Below, piece by piece: positions 10,142 to 19,342 of a DNA stretch of 64,000 bases; position 1 is the first letter of the stretch; each line of letters begins with the position of its first letter. Below the pieces are notes generated by a model. That model did not search any database. It saw nothing but the letters and a program-made list of their open reading frames with translations, and had not been told where the DNA came from. The stretch covers positions 145,218 through 209,217 of the forward strand of contig CAVWIK010000004.1 of assembly GCA_963755115.1 (NCBI GenBank), read 5' to 3'. Position numbers and translations under genes: made by a program. The DNA is from an uncultured Chloroflexia bacterium. GTDB lineage: Bacteria; Chloroflexota; Limnocylindria; Limnocylindrales; CSP1-4.

Positions 10142-10587
10142 GCGTCACCGACCTGGAACACCGACCGGAGGTCCCGCTGATTCAGGTAGAAGACCGCGAT
10201 CGAATTGGCGAGCATGGAGATGTAGCGCGGTTCGCCACCGACCCACCAACCGATGTTGAGCGCGAGGATGATGCCGGCCGTCACGATCGAGAGCGTCCAG
10301 CCCCACGGCTCGCGGCGGTAGAGGCCCCAGATGGAGACCAGGCTCAACAGGAGCATCGCGACCAGGAGGCCGTGCGAGATCAGGCCGATCGACGTCCCGA
10401 TGGGATAGAGCGGGACCGGCGCGTACTGGCCCAGCACGTCGGAATGGACCACGCCGGCTTCGACGAGGAGCGCCGCGACGATGAAGAGGGCCCGGAGCGC
10501 GGTCGCGGCGACCACGACCAGGATCCCGACCCCTGCCGCGGAGGAGCGAGTCGCTTCGGTGGTTTCGGCGGTTTCCGCGGTCTCCAT
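10138..10587 (-). CDS. Hypothetical integral membrane protein (about 4 TM)
   Basis: Hydrophobic helices, GLYRREPWGW, FYLNQRDLRSVF; TAGCCT -10 element 7 nt upstream of the ATG. Confidence 0.7.
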   Translation of the reverse strand: METAETAETTEATRSSAAGVGILVVVAATALRALFIVAALLVEAGVVHSDVLGQYAPVPLYPIGTSIGLISHGLLVAMLLLSLVSIWGLYRREPWGWTLSIVTAGIILALNIGWWVGGEPRYISMLANSIAVFYLNQRDLRSVFQVGDA

Positions 10588-10628
10588 CGTCGTTAGGCTA
10601 ACAGGGCGCCGGTGCCGATTCGTGGCGC

Positions 10629-11570
10629 TCAGCGTGCCGGTGACAGGACCGTCAGGGCCGCCGGGAGCACGCTGGCCTCGAGCCAGCCGGGCGCGCGGGC
10701 GTCGCCATCGGTCTCGATGGGCTGGGCCGGTTCGGCCTCGATGCGAACGGTCCGGACCGGACGCCGGATCACCCGCCCTTCGAGGTCACCCTTGCGGAGC
10801 AGGAGCTCGGTCGCGCCACGCAACCCCGCGAACGGGTCCGCGCCGCCCATGATCAGGAGGTCGAGCCAGCCGTCGGTCGGGTCGATCCGCTCGCGCGGGC
10901 CGATCCGGCCAGGGACCAGGTCGCCGGCGTTCGCGATGAGCGCGAGGTACCCGCGCATCTCGAGCGGCTGACCGTCGGCGACGATCGAGAAGTCGGCCGT
11001 CGCGAGCCGGGTCAGCTCGCGGATCGCCGCGCCGACGTAGGCGCCGAACTGGATCCGGCGCTTCCATTCGTGCTCGGCCGCGGCCATGATCCGCGCGTCG
11101 AGGCCCATCCCGCAGGCCACCAGGAAGATGCTCCGACCCACCGGCGTCGGAACGCCGACGGCGCCCCAGGTCGCCTCGCCGAGGTCGATCATCCCTTCGT
11201 CGCCGTGGCGGATCGCCGCTTCGGCCGGGCCGATCCCGCGGATCCCCAACGTGCCCGCGAGCACGTTGCCGGTCCCCGCCGGCACGATCGCGAGAGGGAT
11301 CGGGCGACCGGCGATCGCCGCCGCGGCCTCACGGATCGTTCCGTCGCCGCCGACCGCGACGACGAGTGGCGGAGAGGCCATCCCGGCGAGGGTGTGCCGC
11401 GTCGCCTCGAGGTCGCCGTCCTCGATCCGCGGCTCCATCCCGGTGCGCGCACGGACGGCGTGCACGATGCCACCGACGATGGCGGCACGCCGACCCGGAT
11501 CGTGCAGCCGCGCCGCACGCGGGTTCACGACGATCAGCGGCGCCGAAGGGTCCTCGCGTGCGGGGCTCAC
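10629..11570 (-). CDS. Diacylglycerol/lipid kinase family protein (YegS/DagK)
   Basis: VVNPRA, VGGDGT, VPAGTGN, GMGLDA, ETDGD. GTG start 7 nt after TAGCAT. Confidence 0.88.
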   Translation of the reverse strand: MSPAREDPSAPLIVVNPRAARLHDPGRRAAIVGGIVHAVRARTGMEPRIEDGDLEATRHTLAGMASPPLVVAVGGDGTIREAAAAIAGRPIPLAIVPAGTGNVLAGTLGIRGIGPAEAAIRHGDEGMIDLGEATWGAVGVPTPVGRSIFLVACGMGLDARIMAAAEHEWKRRIQFGAYVGAAIRELTRLATADFSIVADGQPLEMRGYLALIANAGDLVPGRIGPRERIDPTDGWLDLLIMGGADPFAGLRGATELLLRKGDLEGRVIRRPVRTVRIEAEPAQPIETDGDARAPGWLEASVLPAALTVLSPAR

Positions 11571-11841
11571 GATGCGGATGCTAGCCGGGCCGCGCGCTCG
11601 GCAGCGCGATCCGCCGATCGCCGCTAGACTGCGCTCCGCCAATCGGCCCCCAGGTCAACAGTGGATCGACAACTCAAGAGCCTCGCACCCACGGCTCCAC
11701 GAGTCGTCTCCGGCATCGACCTGTGCATGGGGTCACCTGGACCCCGGTTCCCTTCGATCCGCGTGTCTTCGCCGTGCGCGTGCGGGCTCCAGCACATCGC
11801 CGTCGCACCCCCATGCGACGCGCTGGCAGAAAGGAACTCCA

Positions 11842-12507
11842 TTGCGCTCACGGCACTTGCGCGCACGAGCCCTCATCACGGCCTCCCTCGCGGGGGTCAT
11901 CCTCCTCTCGATCGTCCCCGGCTCATCCGTGATGGCGACCGAACCCACCGACCCGACCGCCCCGGTCGAGACCCCGACGCCGACCCCAACGGACGTCGCA
12001 CCGACCACCCCGACGACCCCGACGTCCGACCCTGCGCCGTCCGCGGAGCCCGTCCCGGCCGCTGAGCCTGCCCCGGCCGCGGCGAAGCCGCCGATCGTGC
12101 GCAGGCCGCGGACCACCGAGGCCCAGCAGATCATCCGGATCGCGATGCGTCAGCGCGGCGACCCCTGGCGCTACGCCGCACGCGGCCCGCGGGCCTTCGA
12201 CTGCTCCGGTCTGGTCATCTACGCGTTCAAGCGCGCGGGCGACGAGCGGGCGGTCGGGCGCGGGCACCTCGCGTCCGCCCGGGCGCTCTACCACTGGTAC
12301 AAGGCCCGCGGTCTCGCGAGCCGGCACCATCCCCGCGTCGGCGACCTCGTGATCTGGGGCGGCGGCAGCCACGTCGGGATCTACATCGGTCACGGTCGGG
12401 CGATCAGCACGCTGACCAGTGGCGTGCGCGTCCATCGCGTGCACGCGGTGACGGCACGCTTCACCGCGTACCTGCACACCGGGATGTGGAAGAAGGCCGC
12501 GAGCTAG
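11842..12507 (+). CDS. Secreted NlpC/P60 (C40) cell-wall peptidase with Pro/Thr-rich linker
   Basis: TTG start after AGAAAGGAA; signal peptide; AFDCSGL and GSHVGIYIG catalytic motifs. Confidence 0.88.
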   Translation: MRSRHLRARALITASLAGVILLSIVPGSSVMATEPTDPTAPVETPTPTPTDVAPTTPTTPTSDPAPSAEPVPAAEPAPAAAKPPIVRRPRTTEAQQIIRIAMRQRGDPWRYAARGPRAFDCSGLVIYAFKRAGDERAVGRGHLASARALYHWYKARGLASRHHPRVGDLVIWGGGSHVGIYIGHGRAISTLTSGVRVHRVHAVTARFTAYLHTGMWKKAAS

Positions 12508-12536
12508 GCCACCGGACGCACCGGGGCCGCGGGTCG

Positions 12537-13965
12537 TCAGCCGTCGACTTCGGCCATCGCCGCCAGGATCGCGTCCGCCGACACGTCGATGTCGGCCTCG
12601 GTCGTCCGCCACCCGGAGATCGAGACCCGCATCGCGGCCCGGCCGGCCCACACCGTCCCACCGAGCCAGCACGTCCCGTCGCGCTGGACCCCGGTGATGA
12701 TCGCGCGGGTCCGGGCGTCGCCCGCGGAACCGTCCTCGTCGTCGTCGGGGCCCTCGAACCGGACGAGCACCTGGTTCAGGACGACGTCGTTGATGATCCG
12801 GACCCGGCGACCGGCCGCGAGCCGCTCCGCCATCCGTCGCGCCAGGGCGCAGTCCCGCTCGATCAGCTCGATCACGCCGGACCGCCCGAGCGACCGCAGC
12901 GCGGCGATGATGGCGAACCCGCGCGCCCGCCTCGAGGACTCCGGGACCCAGTTGTAGTTGTCGCGCTCCCCGCCCGCGGTCTCGATGTAGTAGGCCGCGC
13001 CGAGCGTCATCGCCGCGTGGTGGGCCTCGGCGTCGCGCACGAAGACGAGCCCCGAGTCGTACGGGACGTTGAGCCACTTGTGCGCGTCCGTCGACCACGA
13101 GTCGGCCTCGAGGTAGCCACGCAATCCGGTCCTTCAGCGACGGCACCGCCGCCGCCCAGATCCCGAAGGCCCCGTCGACGTGGACCCACGCCCCGTGCTC
13201 CCGGGCGATCGGCACGATCCGGTCGAGCGGGTCGTAGGCGCCGGTGTTCACGTTGCCGGCCTGCGCGCAGACGATGACCGGCCCGTCGATCGTGGCCAGC
13301 TCCGCGCGGAGCGCGTCGAGCCGCATCCGGCCCTGGTCGTCGGCGGCGATCCGCCGCACGCGGTCCCCCTCGCGGCCCATCCCGAGCATCTGGAGCGAGG
13401 CGTAGATCGTGACGTGGGACCCCTCGTGGGTGACGACCGTGACCGGCGGCGCCCCCTGGAGCCCCAGGCGCTCCACGTCCCAGCCGACCTTGGCCAGCAC
13501 CGCGTGACGGGCCGCCGCGAGCGCGGTGAAGTTGGCCATGGTGGCGCCGGTCACGAAGCCGACGCTCGTGCCGTCCGGCAACCCGAGGAGCGCCACGAGC
13601 CACGCTGCGGCGACCTCCTCCGCGACCGCGGCGGCCGGCGAGATGGCATAGAGCCCGGCGTTCTGGTCCCACGCGCTCGTCAGCCAATCGGCCGCGAGCG
13701 CCGCGGGCAGGCTGCCGCCGATGACGAACCCGAAATAGCGTGGCCCGGCACTGCCGATCAGGCCCGGGTCGGCCGCGGCCGCCAGCTGCTCGATGACAGC
13801 CGACGGATCGGACGGACCCTCGGGCAGCGGCCCGCCGAGCGCGGCCCGGAGCGAGCCCAGGTCCACGGGCCGCGCGACCGGCCGGGCTTCCAGCGAGTCG
13901 ATGTACGCCGCGGCGAGGTCTGCGGTCTGGCGGATGAGTCCGGGTGCGACGGTGGTGTCGGTCAT
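12537..13965 (-). CDS. Group II PLP-dependent (aromatic) amino acid decarboxylase; one frameshift near 13123
   Basis: GPRYFGFVIGG, GATMANF and WVHVDGAFG in one frame; DAHKWLNVPYD and ESSRRARG in the next. Removing one base joins them. Confidence 0.85.
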
Positions 13966-14047
13966 GGTGTCTCCATCCCCTCACGTGGAAGGCCTCAGCC
14001 TAGCGCCTTAGTGCTACCGTGATGCCGGAACCGCTGGGAGCATCCCC

Positions 14048-14437
14048 ATGGACCACGCCGCCTTCCGCGCCTGGCTCGAACGCTACGTGGATGCATGGCG
14101 CCTGCTCGACCCACTGGCCATCGGCGACCTGTTCAGCCCCGACGTGCGCTACGCCTTCGATCCCTTCGGCGAGGCCGTCGTCGGGCGTGCCGCGGTCGTC
14201 GCGGCGTGGCTCGTCGATCCGGACGAGCCGGGCTCCTGGGAGGCGGACTACGAGGTCCTCGCCATCGATGGCGACGCCTGCGTGGCGCACGGGCGGACCC
14301 GTTACCTGACCGACGATCGCAAGGCCATCGATCGCGAGTTCGCGAACGTCTTCGTCTGCCGATTCGACGACGACGGCCGCTGCCGGGAATTCACCGAGTA
14401 CTACAACCGCCGGCGACCCGAGGCGATCCCGGACTGA
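14048..14437 (+). CDS. SnoaL/NTF2-like protein
   Basis: WLERYVDAW...LFSPDVRY...FDDDGRCREFTEY; GGGAG RBS. Confidence 0.8.
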   Translation: MDHAAFRAWLERYVDAWRLLDPLAIGDLFSPDVRYAFDPFGEAVVGRAAVVAAWLVDPDEPGSWEADYEVLAIDGDACVAHGRTRYLTDDRKAIDREFANVFVCRFDDDGRCREFTEYYNRRRPEAIPD

Positions 14438-14520
14438 TCCGGCGGGTCGCCGCCGACCGAGACGCCGGTGTACGCTCCTCCTCCGACCCCATCGCCAACC
14501 ACCCCAGCGAGGTGCAGTCC

Positions 14521-15372
14521 ATGGCGCGAACCGTCCGAGGCGCGCTCGTCCAGGCGACCTGGACCGGCGACAAGGAATCGATGATCCAGAAGCACGAGGC
14601 CTACGCCCACGACGCCGCCAAGGCCGGGGCCCAGGTCATCCTGTTCCAGGAGCTCTTCTACGGGCCGTATTTCTGCCAGGTGCAGGACGCCCAGTACTAC
14701 AGCTACACGGAGCTGATCCCGGACGGGCCGACGACCAAGCGGATGCAGGACCTCGCCAAGCAGACCGGCATGGTCGTGATCGCCCCGATGTACGAGGAGG
14801 ACGAGAAAGCCTCCGGCATCTACTACAACACCGCGGCCGTGATCGACGCGGACGGCAAGTACCTCGGCAAGTACCGCAAGACGCACATCCCGCACGTGAA
14901 GGGCTTCTGGGAGAAGTTCTACTTCCGGCCCGGGAACACCGGCTACCCGGTCTTCGACACGGCGGTCGGCAAGGTCGGCGTGTACATCTGCTACGACCGC
15001 CACTTCCCCGAGGGCGCGCGAGCACTCGGGCTTAACGGGGCGGAGATCGTCTTCATCCCGTCGGCGACGTCCCGGGGCCTCTCGGAATACCTGTGGCGCA
15101 TCGAGCAGCCGAGCCACGCGGTCGCCAACGGCTACTACGTCGGGACCATCAACCGGGTCGGCATCGAAGCCGACTACGGCGACGACGACTTCTACGGTCA
15201 GAGCTACTTCGTCGACCCGCGCGGCCAGTTCGTCGGCGACGTCGGATCGGCCCATGACGAGGAGCTCATCGTGCGCGACCTCGACATGGACAAGATCATG
15301 GAGGTCCGCAACACCTGGCAGTTCTATCGGGACCGCCGACCCGACGCGTATTCGGACCTCACGCGACCGTAG
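14521..15372 (+). CDS. Nitrilase-family beta-ureidopropionase (N-carbamoyl-beta-alanine amidohydrolase)-like
   Basis: Catalytic E-K-C motifs FQELF, YRKTHIP, ICYDRHFPE; FWEKFYFRPGN; GAGGTG RBS. Confidence 0.88.
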   Translation: MARTVRGALVQATWTGDKESMIQKHEAYAHDAAKAGAQVILFQELFYGPYFCQVQDAQYYSYTELIPDGPTTKRMQDLAKQTGMVVIAPMYEEDEKASGIYYNTAAVIDADGKYLGKYRKTHIPHVKGFWEKFYFRPGNTGYPVFDTAVGKVGVYICYDRHFPEGARALGLNGAEIVFIPSATSRGLSEYLWRIEQPSHAVANGYYVGTINRVGIEADYGDDDFYGQSYFVDPRGQFVGDVGSAHDEELIVRDLDMDKIMEVRNTWQFYRDRRPDAYSDLTRP

Positions 15373-15607
15373 AACGCGCTATCATCCGCGCCGGCTCGAC
15401 CGTCTGGAGGAGGACGGCCGAGCCGTTGCGCATTTCGGCCCGGCCGGCGTCGGCGCCAGGGCGTTCGTCGCTCCGGCAGGGTCCGCCGATGAACACGTCG
15501 CGTCGTCGCCACACCCCGCCGGGACTGGACGCGCGTGACCGGCGACCGGGTCGCGGTGTACGCTCGCGTCCCGTTCGCACGACGCCACCGTGGGAGGCCG
15601 CCCGCCG

Positions 15608-16600
15608 ATGCAGTTCGGTTTCACGCTCAAGCCCGAGCACACGATCGAGCGGACGCTCGCGCTGACGCGCCAGGCGGAGGCGGCCGGCTTCGACTACGGC
15701 TGGCTGTTCGATTCGCACGTGCTCTGGCGCGATCCATACCCGCTGCTCACGCTGATGGCGGGCGTGACCACCCGGCTGCGACTCGGGACGTGCGTCACGA
15801 ACCCGGGCACGCGCGAGCCGTCCGTGACCGCCTCCGTGCTCGCCACGCTCGATGAGATCACCGATGGCCGCATGGACCTGGGCATCGGCCGCGGCGATTC
15901 GGCCCGGCGCGTCCTGGGCAAGCCACCGATCACGATGGCCAACACCGAGGAGGCGATCGGGGTCATCCGGACGCTCGTCGCCGGCGGCTCGGTCGAGTAC
16001 GAGGGCACCGAGCTCGCGTTTCCATGGACGCGTGGCTGGACGCTGCCGGTCTGGGTCGCCGGCTACGGGCCGATGGCGATCGCGATGACCGGGCGCGTGG
16101 CGGACGGCATCATCCTCCAGCTGGCCGACCCGGATCTCATCCGCTGGTTCGCCGGCCAGCTGCGCGAGGCCGCCACCGCGGCGTCACGCGACCCGGCCTT
16201 GATCCGCGTCCAGGCCGCGGCACCGGCCCATGTCGGCTCGCGCGAGATCGGGCGGGAACGGACGCGCTGGTTCCCCGCGCTCGTCTCCAATCACGTCGTC
16301 GACCTGGTCAACAAGTACCCCCGCGAACAGCTCCCGGAGTCCCTGACCGGGTACGTCACCGACCGCGAGGGCTACGACTACCGCCACCACGCGGAGGTCG
16401 GCTCGTCGAACGCGTCGTTCGTGGGCGACGAGGTCACCGACCGGTTCTGCGTCCTGGGCACGGTCGACGAGCACATCGCCAAGCTGCGCGAGCTCGAGGA
16501 CGCCGGTGTCGACCAGTTCAACCTCTACCTCATGAACGGGGACGAGGAGGCGCAGCTGGAGGCCTACGGACGCGACGTGATCCCGGCGTTACGCGCCTAG
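15608..16600 (+). CDS. LLM-class, putatively F420-dependent oxidoreductase (TIGR03842/CPS_4043-like)
   Basis: WLFDSHVLW, GTCVTNP, GIGRGDSA, SNHVVDLV, GYDYRHH, DRFCVLG; GGGAGG RBS. Subfamily assigned from recalled motifs, not from an HMM run. Confidence 0.82.
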   Translation: MQFGFTLKPEHTIERTLALTRQAEAAGFDYGWLFDSHVLWRDPYPLLTLMAGVTTRLRLGTCVTNPGTREPSVTASVLATLDEITDGRMDLGIGRGDSARRVLGKPPITMANTEEAIGVIRTLVAGGSVEYEGTELAFPWTRGWTLPVWVAGYGPMAIAMTGRVADGIILQLADPDLIRWFAGQLREAATAASRDPALIRVQAAAPAHVGSREIGRERTRWFPALVSNHVVDLVNKYPREQLPESLTGYVTDREGYDYRHHAEVGSSNASFVGDEVTDRFCVLGTVDEHIAKLRELEDAGVDQFNLYLMNGDEEAQLEAYGRDVIPALRA

Positions 16601-16744
16601 GGCACACTGTCCGCGCAAGGGGACCTCGGGGAACGGCATGCCTGGGCTCGGGATCTGGAAGAACGACAGCATCGCGACCACGCGGATCGGCGCCGGCCGA
16701 CGCCGGAGGATCCGCTCGTCGGGTCCGCCGAGGACGGCGGCCAT

Positions 16745-18949
16745 ATGACCGACTGGCGACATGTCGTCCAAGTCAGCCGTCCCCTCGCGTGGGTCTATAC
16801 CGCCCTGCCGTTCCTGGTCGCCGCGGTGCTCGTCGAACGCGGGCTGACACCGGCCATCGTCATCGGAACGGTGTACTTCCTCGGCCCGTACAACCTCCTG
16901 CTGTACGGCAGCGAGGACATCCACGAATACTCGGCTGAGGCGGGTAGCCCGGCGGAGGCTCCGGAAGCCGTTGCGTCGACGCCGGTCGCGGCCGAGCCGA
17001 GCAAGCCAGCCAAGGGGGCCAGGGGAGCCAGGGCGGCAGCAGCAGCAGCAGCAGCGGCGACGGCCGACGCGGCAACGGCAGCAGCCGCGGCGACGGCGGC
17101 GGAGCCCGCGGCGGAGCCACCGGCCGAGACCGCCGACGTGCACGCGACCCGCATGCGGATCGCGATCGCGCTCACCAACCTGCCCTTCCTCGTCGTGCTC
17201 GTGCTGGTCAGCGGCGCCGCGGCCGGGGTCGCCCTGGCGCTCGCGGTCGTGGTCGCCGTCGTCGACGCGACACCACCGTTCCGGACCAAGGACCGGCCCA
17301 TCCTCGATTGCCTGACCGGTGCGATGCAGGTCGTGCTGCCGGCGGTCTGCGGGTTCCTCGTCGCCGGCCTCTCGGTCGCGGGTCTGCCATGGATCGGACT
17401 CGCCGCCCTGACGGCATGGGCCGTCGCCTCCTTCGCGCTGCGGGCCCTCCGGGATCGCCCGGTGGACGGGACCGGTGAGGCCGCCGACGCCGCCTCGATC
17501 GCGACCATGCTCGGGACGCGGGGTACGGCCCTCGTCGCGCTCGGCGGCTACCTGGTCACGGCCGCGCTCGCGGCGACGTACGGTCGGCTCGGGATCCTGG
17601 CGGCCCTGGGCCTCGACCTGTACCTCCTCCTCCCCGTGATGATCCTGGTCGCCAAGCGCGGCGACCCGGCGGCCGAGGCGGCGGCGATCCGGCGCGCGTG
17701 GGCGGGCTTCGGCGGCCTCGGCTGGCTGATCGGGGCGTGGCTCGTGCTGCTCGTGCTGCGGCACTGGCGCGTGACCCCGTTCTCGGCCCTCGAGATCCTC
17801 ACGGCCGTCACGGCGATCGCGGTCGGCTACGCCATGTGGAACGTGCTCGCGATCAGGGTCGCCACGCGACGTCGCCGGGCGCGACGCGGCGCGGATGAGG
17901 ACGTCGCGGCCCTGACGATCGTCGTCCCGTGCCGCGACGAGGCGCGGCGCCTGTCCGCGTGCCTCGACGCGCTCCTCGACCAGACCTATGCCGATGCCAC
18001 GATCCTCGTCGTCGACGACAGCTCCACCGACGACACGGTCACGCTTGCGGCCGAGCTCATCGGCGGAGCCGGGCAGGTGGTCGTGGCGCCGCCGAAGCCG
18101 GACGAGTGGACCGGCAAGAACTGGGCCTGCCAGGTCGGGGCGGAGGCCGCCACGACCGACCTGGTCATGTTCGTGGATGCGGACACCATCCTCGTCCCGG
18201 TCGCGACCCGGATCATCGTCGAGCAGTTCGAGACGCAGCGTCTCGACCTCCTGTCGGGCCTCACTCAGTACGCGATGCCGACCCGCGGCGAGCGCGCGGC
18301 GGTCCCGGGGTTCGCGCTCCTGCTGTTCGGGTTCGTCCCGATCTGGCTGTCGGCCCTCACGCGGGGCCGGATCAGGCCCCTGGCCTTCGCCTACGGGCCG
18401 CTGATGCTCGTCCGCCGCGAGGCCTACCTCGAGACGGGAGGCCATGCCGCCACGCCGGGCAGCCTGCGCGGAGGGATCGACCTCGCCCGGACATTCGCCC
18501 GGGCCGGCCGGCGGGTCGGGACCGTCCACGCGTCGGACCTCGCCGCGACGCGCCACTTCCCCACCGCCGATGCCGCCGTCGGCGCATGGCGCCGGGTGAC
18601 CCTGCCGTACGCGGGCGGATCGCTGGCGATGGCGATCGCGACTATCGTCCTCGAGGTCCTGACCTACGTGGTGCCGTTCCTGCTGCCGCCGATCGCCCTG
18701 CTGAGCGGTGCCGGGGTCCGCGAGATCGTCGCCTCGTTCGTTCCCCTCCTCCTGCTCGGCGCGATGCGGTTGGCCCTCGCGCTGACGCAGCGCGAACCGC
18801 TCACCACGATCGTCTGGCACCCGGTGACGGTCGCGGTCACGCTTGCCGGCCAGCTCGCGGGCATCGCCGACCACGTCATCGGGCGGGCGCCGCACTGGCA
18901 CGGACGCGTCCTCGAACCCAGCGCCTCTGCCGCCGAACCCCCCGCCTGA
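16745..18949 (+). CDS. Fusion of UbiA/CrtEb-like prenyltransferase and family-2 glycosyltransferase (carotenoid glycosyltransferase-like)
   Basis: N-terminal SRPLAWVYTALPF...YNLLLYG and PPFRTKDRPILD (CrtEb-like); C-terminal VVPCRDEA, VDDSSTD, WTGKNWACQ, FVDAD (GT2); Ala-rich insert. Confidence 0.75.
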   Translation: MTDWRHVVQVSRPLAWVYTALPFLVAAVLVERGLTPAIVIGTVYFLGPYNLLLYGSEDIHEYSAEAGSPAEAPEAVASTPVAAEPSKPAKGARGARAAAAAAAAATADAATAAAAATAAEPAAEPPAETADVHATRMRIAIALTNLPFLVVLVLVSGAAAGVALALAVVVAVVDATPPFRTKDRPILDCLTGAMQVVLPAVCGFLVAGLSVAGLPWIGLAALTAWAVASFALRALRDRPVDGTGEAADAASIATMLGTRGTALVALGGYLVTAALAATYGRLGILAALGLDLYLLLPVMILVAKRGDPAAEAAAIRRAWAGFGGLGWLIGAWLVLLVLRHWRVTPFSALEILTAVTAIAVGYAMWNVLAIRVATRRRRARRGADEDVAALTIVVPCRDEARRLSACLDALLDQTYADATILVVDDSSTDDTVTLAAELIGGAGQVVVAPPKPDEWTGKNWACQVGAEAATTDLVMFVDADTILVPVATRIIVEQFETQRLDLLSGLTQYAMPTRGERAAVPGFALLLFGFVPIWLSALTRGRIRPLAFAYGPLMLVRREAYLETGGHAATPGSLRGGIDLARTFARAGRRVGTVHASDLAATRHFPTADAAVGAWRRVTLPYAGGSLAMAIATIVLEVLTYVVPFLLPPIALLSGAGVREIVASFVPLLLLGAMRLALALTQREPLTTIVWHPVTVAVTLAGQLAGIADHVIGRAPHWHGRVLEPSASAAEPPA

Positions 18950-19095
18950 CCCGATGGGCCCATCCATCGGGTGGGCACGCATGGGCCGGATGTCAGGCTG
19001 GTGTCCAGTACCTCGTTTGGAGGACGATGCGGACACATCGCGACCCCCGATCGCGATGGCGCAAGCACGGACGTGTTCCCTGTGGAGGCTGCCCG

Positions 19096-19284
19096 ATGAT
19101 CCGACGACGTGATGCCCGCGACCCGTGGTGGGGAGACGAGGGGAAGAGCGCGAAGCGGACCCGCCGGCGCGTGCAGGCCGAGAGCCTGTTCGCGATCGCG
19201 ATGGCCATCGTGGCCTGCGGCATGGTCGCCGCGGTCTGGATGCGCGAACTGGCGCCACTCGCGAAGCAGCTCGGTCTGGGCTGA
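19096..19284 (+). CDS. Small single-TM hypothetical protein (62 aa)
   Basis: GGAGG RBS; MIRRRDARDPWWGDEG...FAIAMAIVACGMVAAVW. Confidence 0.6.
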   Translation: MIRRRDARDPWWGDEGKSAKRTRRRVQAESLFAIAMAIVACGMVAAVWMRELAPLAKQLGLG

Positions 19285-19342
19285 CCGCCATCGCCTACCA
19301 TCTCCCTCCTGAACGGCCGACCCCGTCGCCCAGGAGGGAACG

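Noticed and set aside
11630-11841. c-di-AMP (ydaO) riboswitch upstream of NlpC/P60
   Set aside because: The conserved GCTGAATCC, GGGGAACC and GTCAGCTAAC elements are not present. Kept only as an unknown structured leader.
15391-15425. Hairpin CGGCTCGACCGTC...GACGGCCGAGCCG between the nitrilase and LLM genes as a riboswitch
   Set aside because: It is a single stem right after a stop codon, and a separate -10 element lies downstream. A terminator or stability hairpin is more likely.
17030-17125. GCA/GCG repeat tract as a CRISPR array or regulatory repeat
   Set aside because: It is an in-frame poly-Ala linker inside the UbiA-GT2 fusion, with no spacers.
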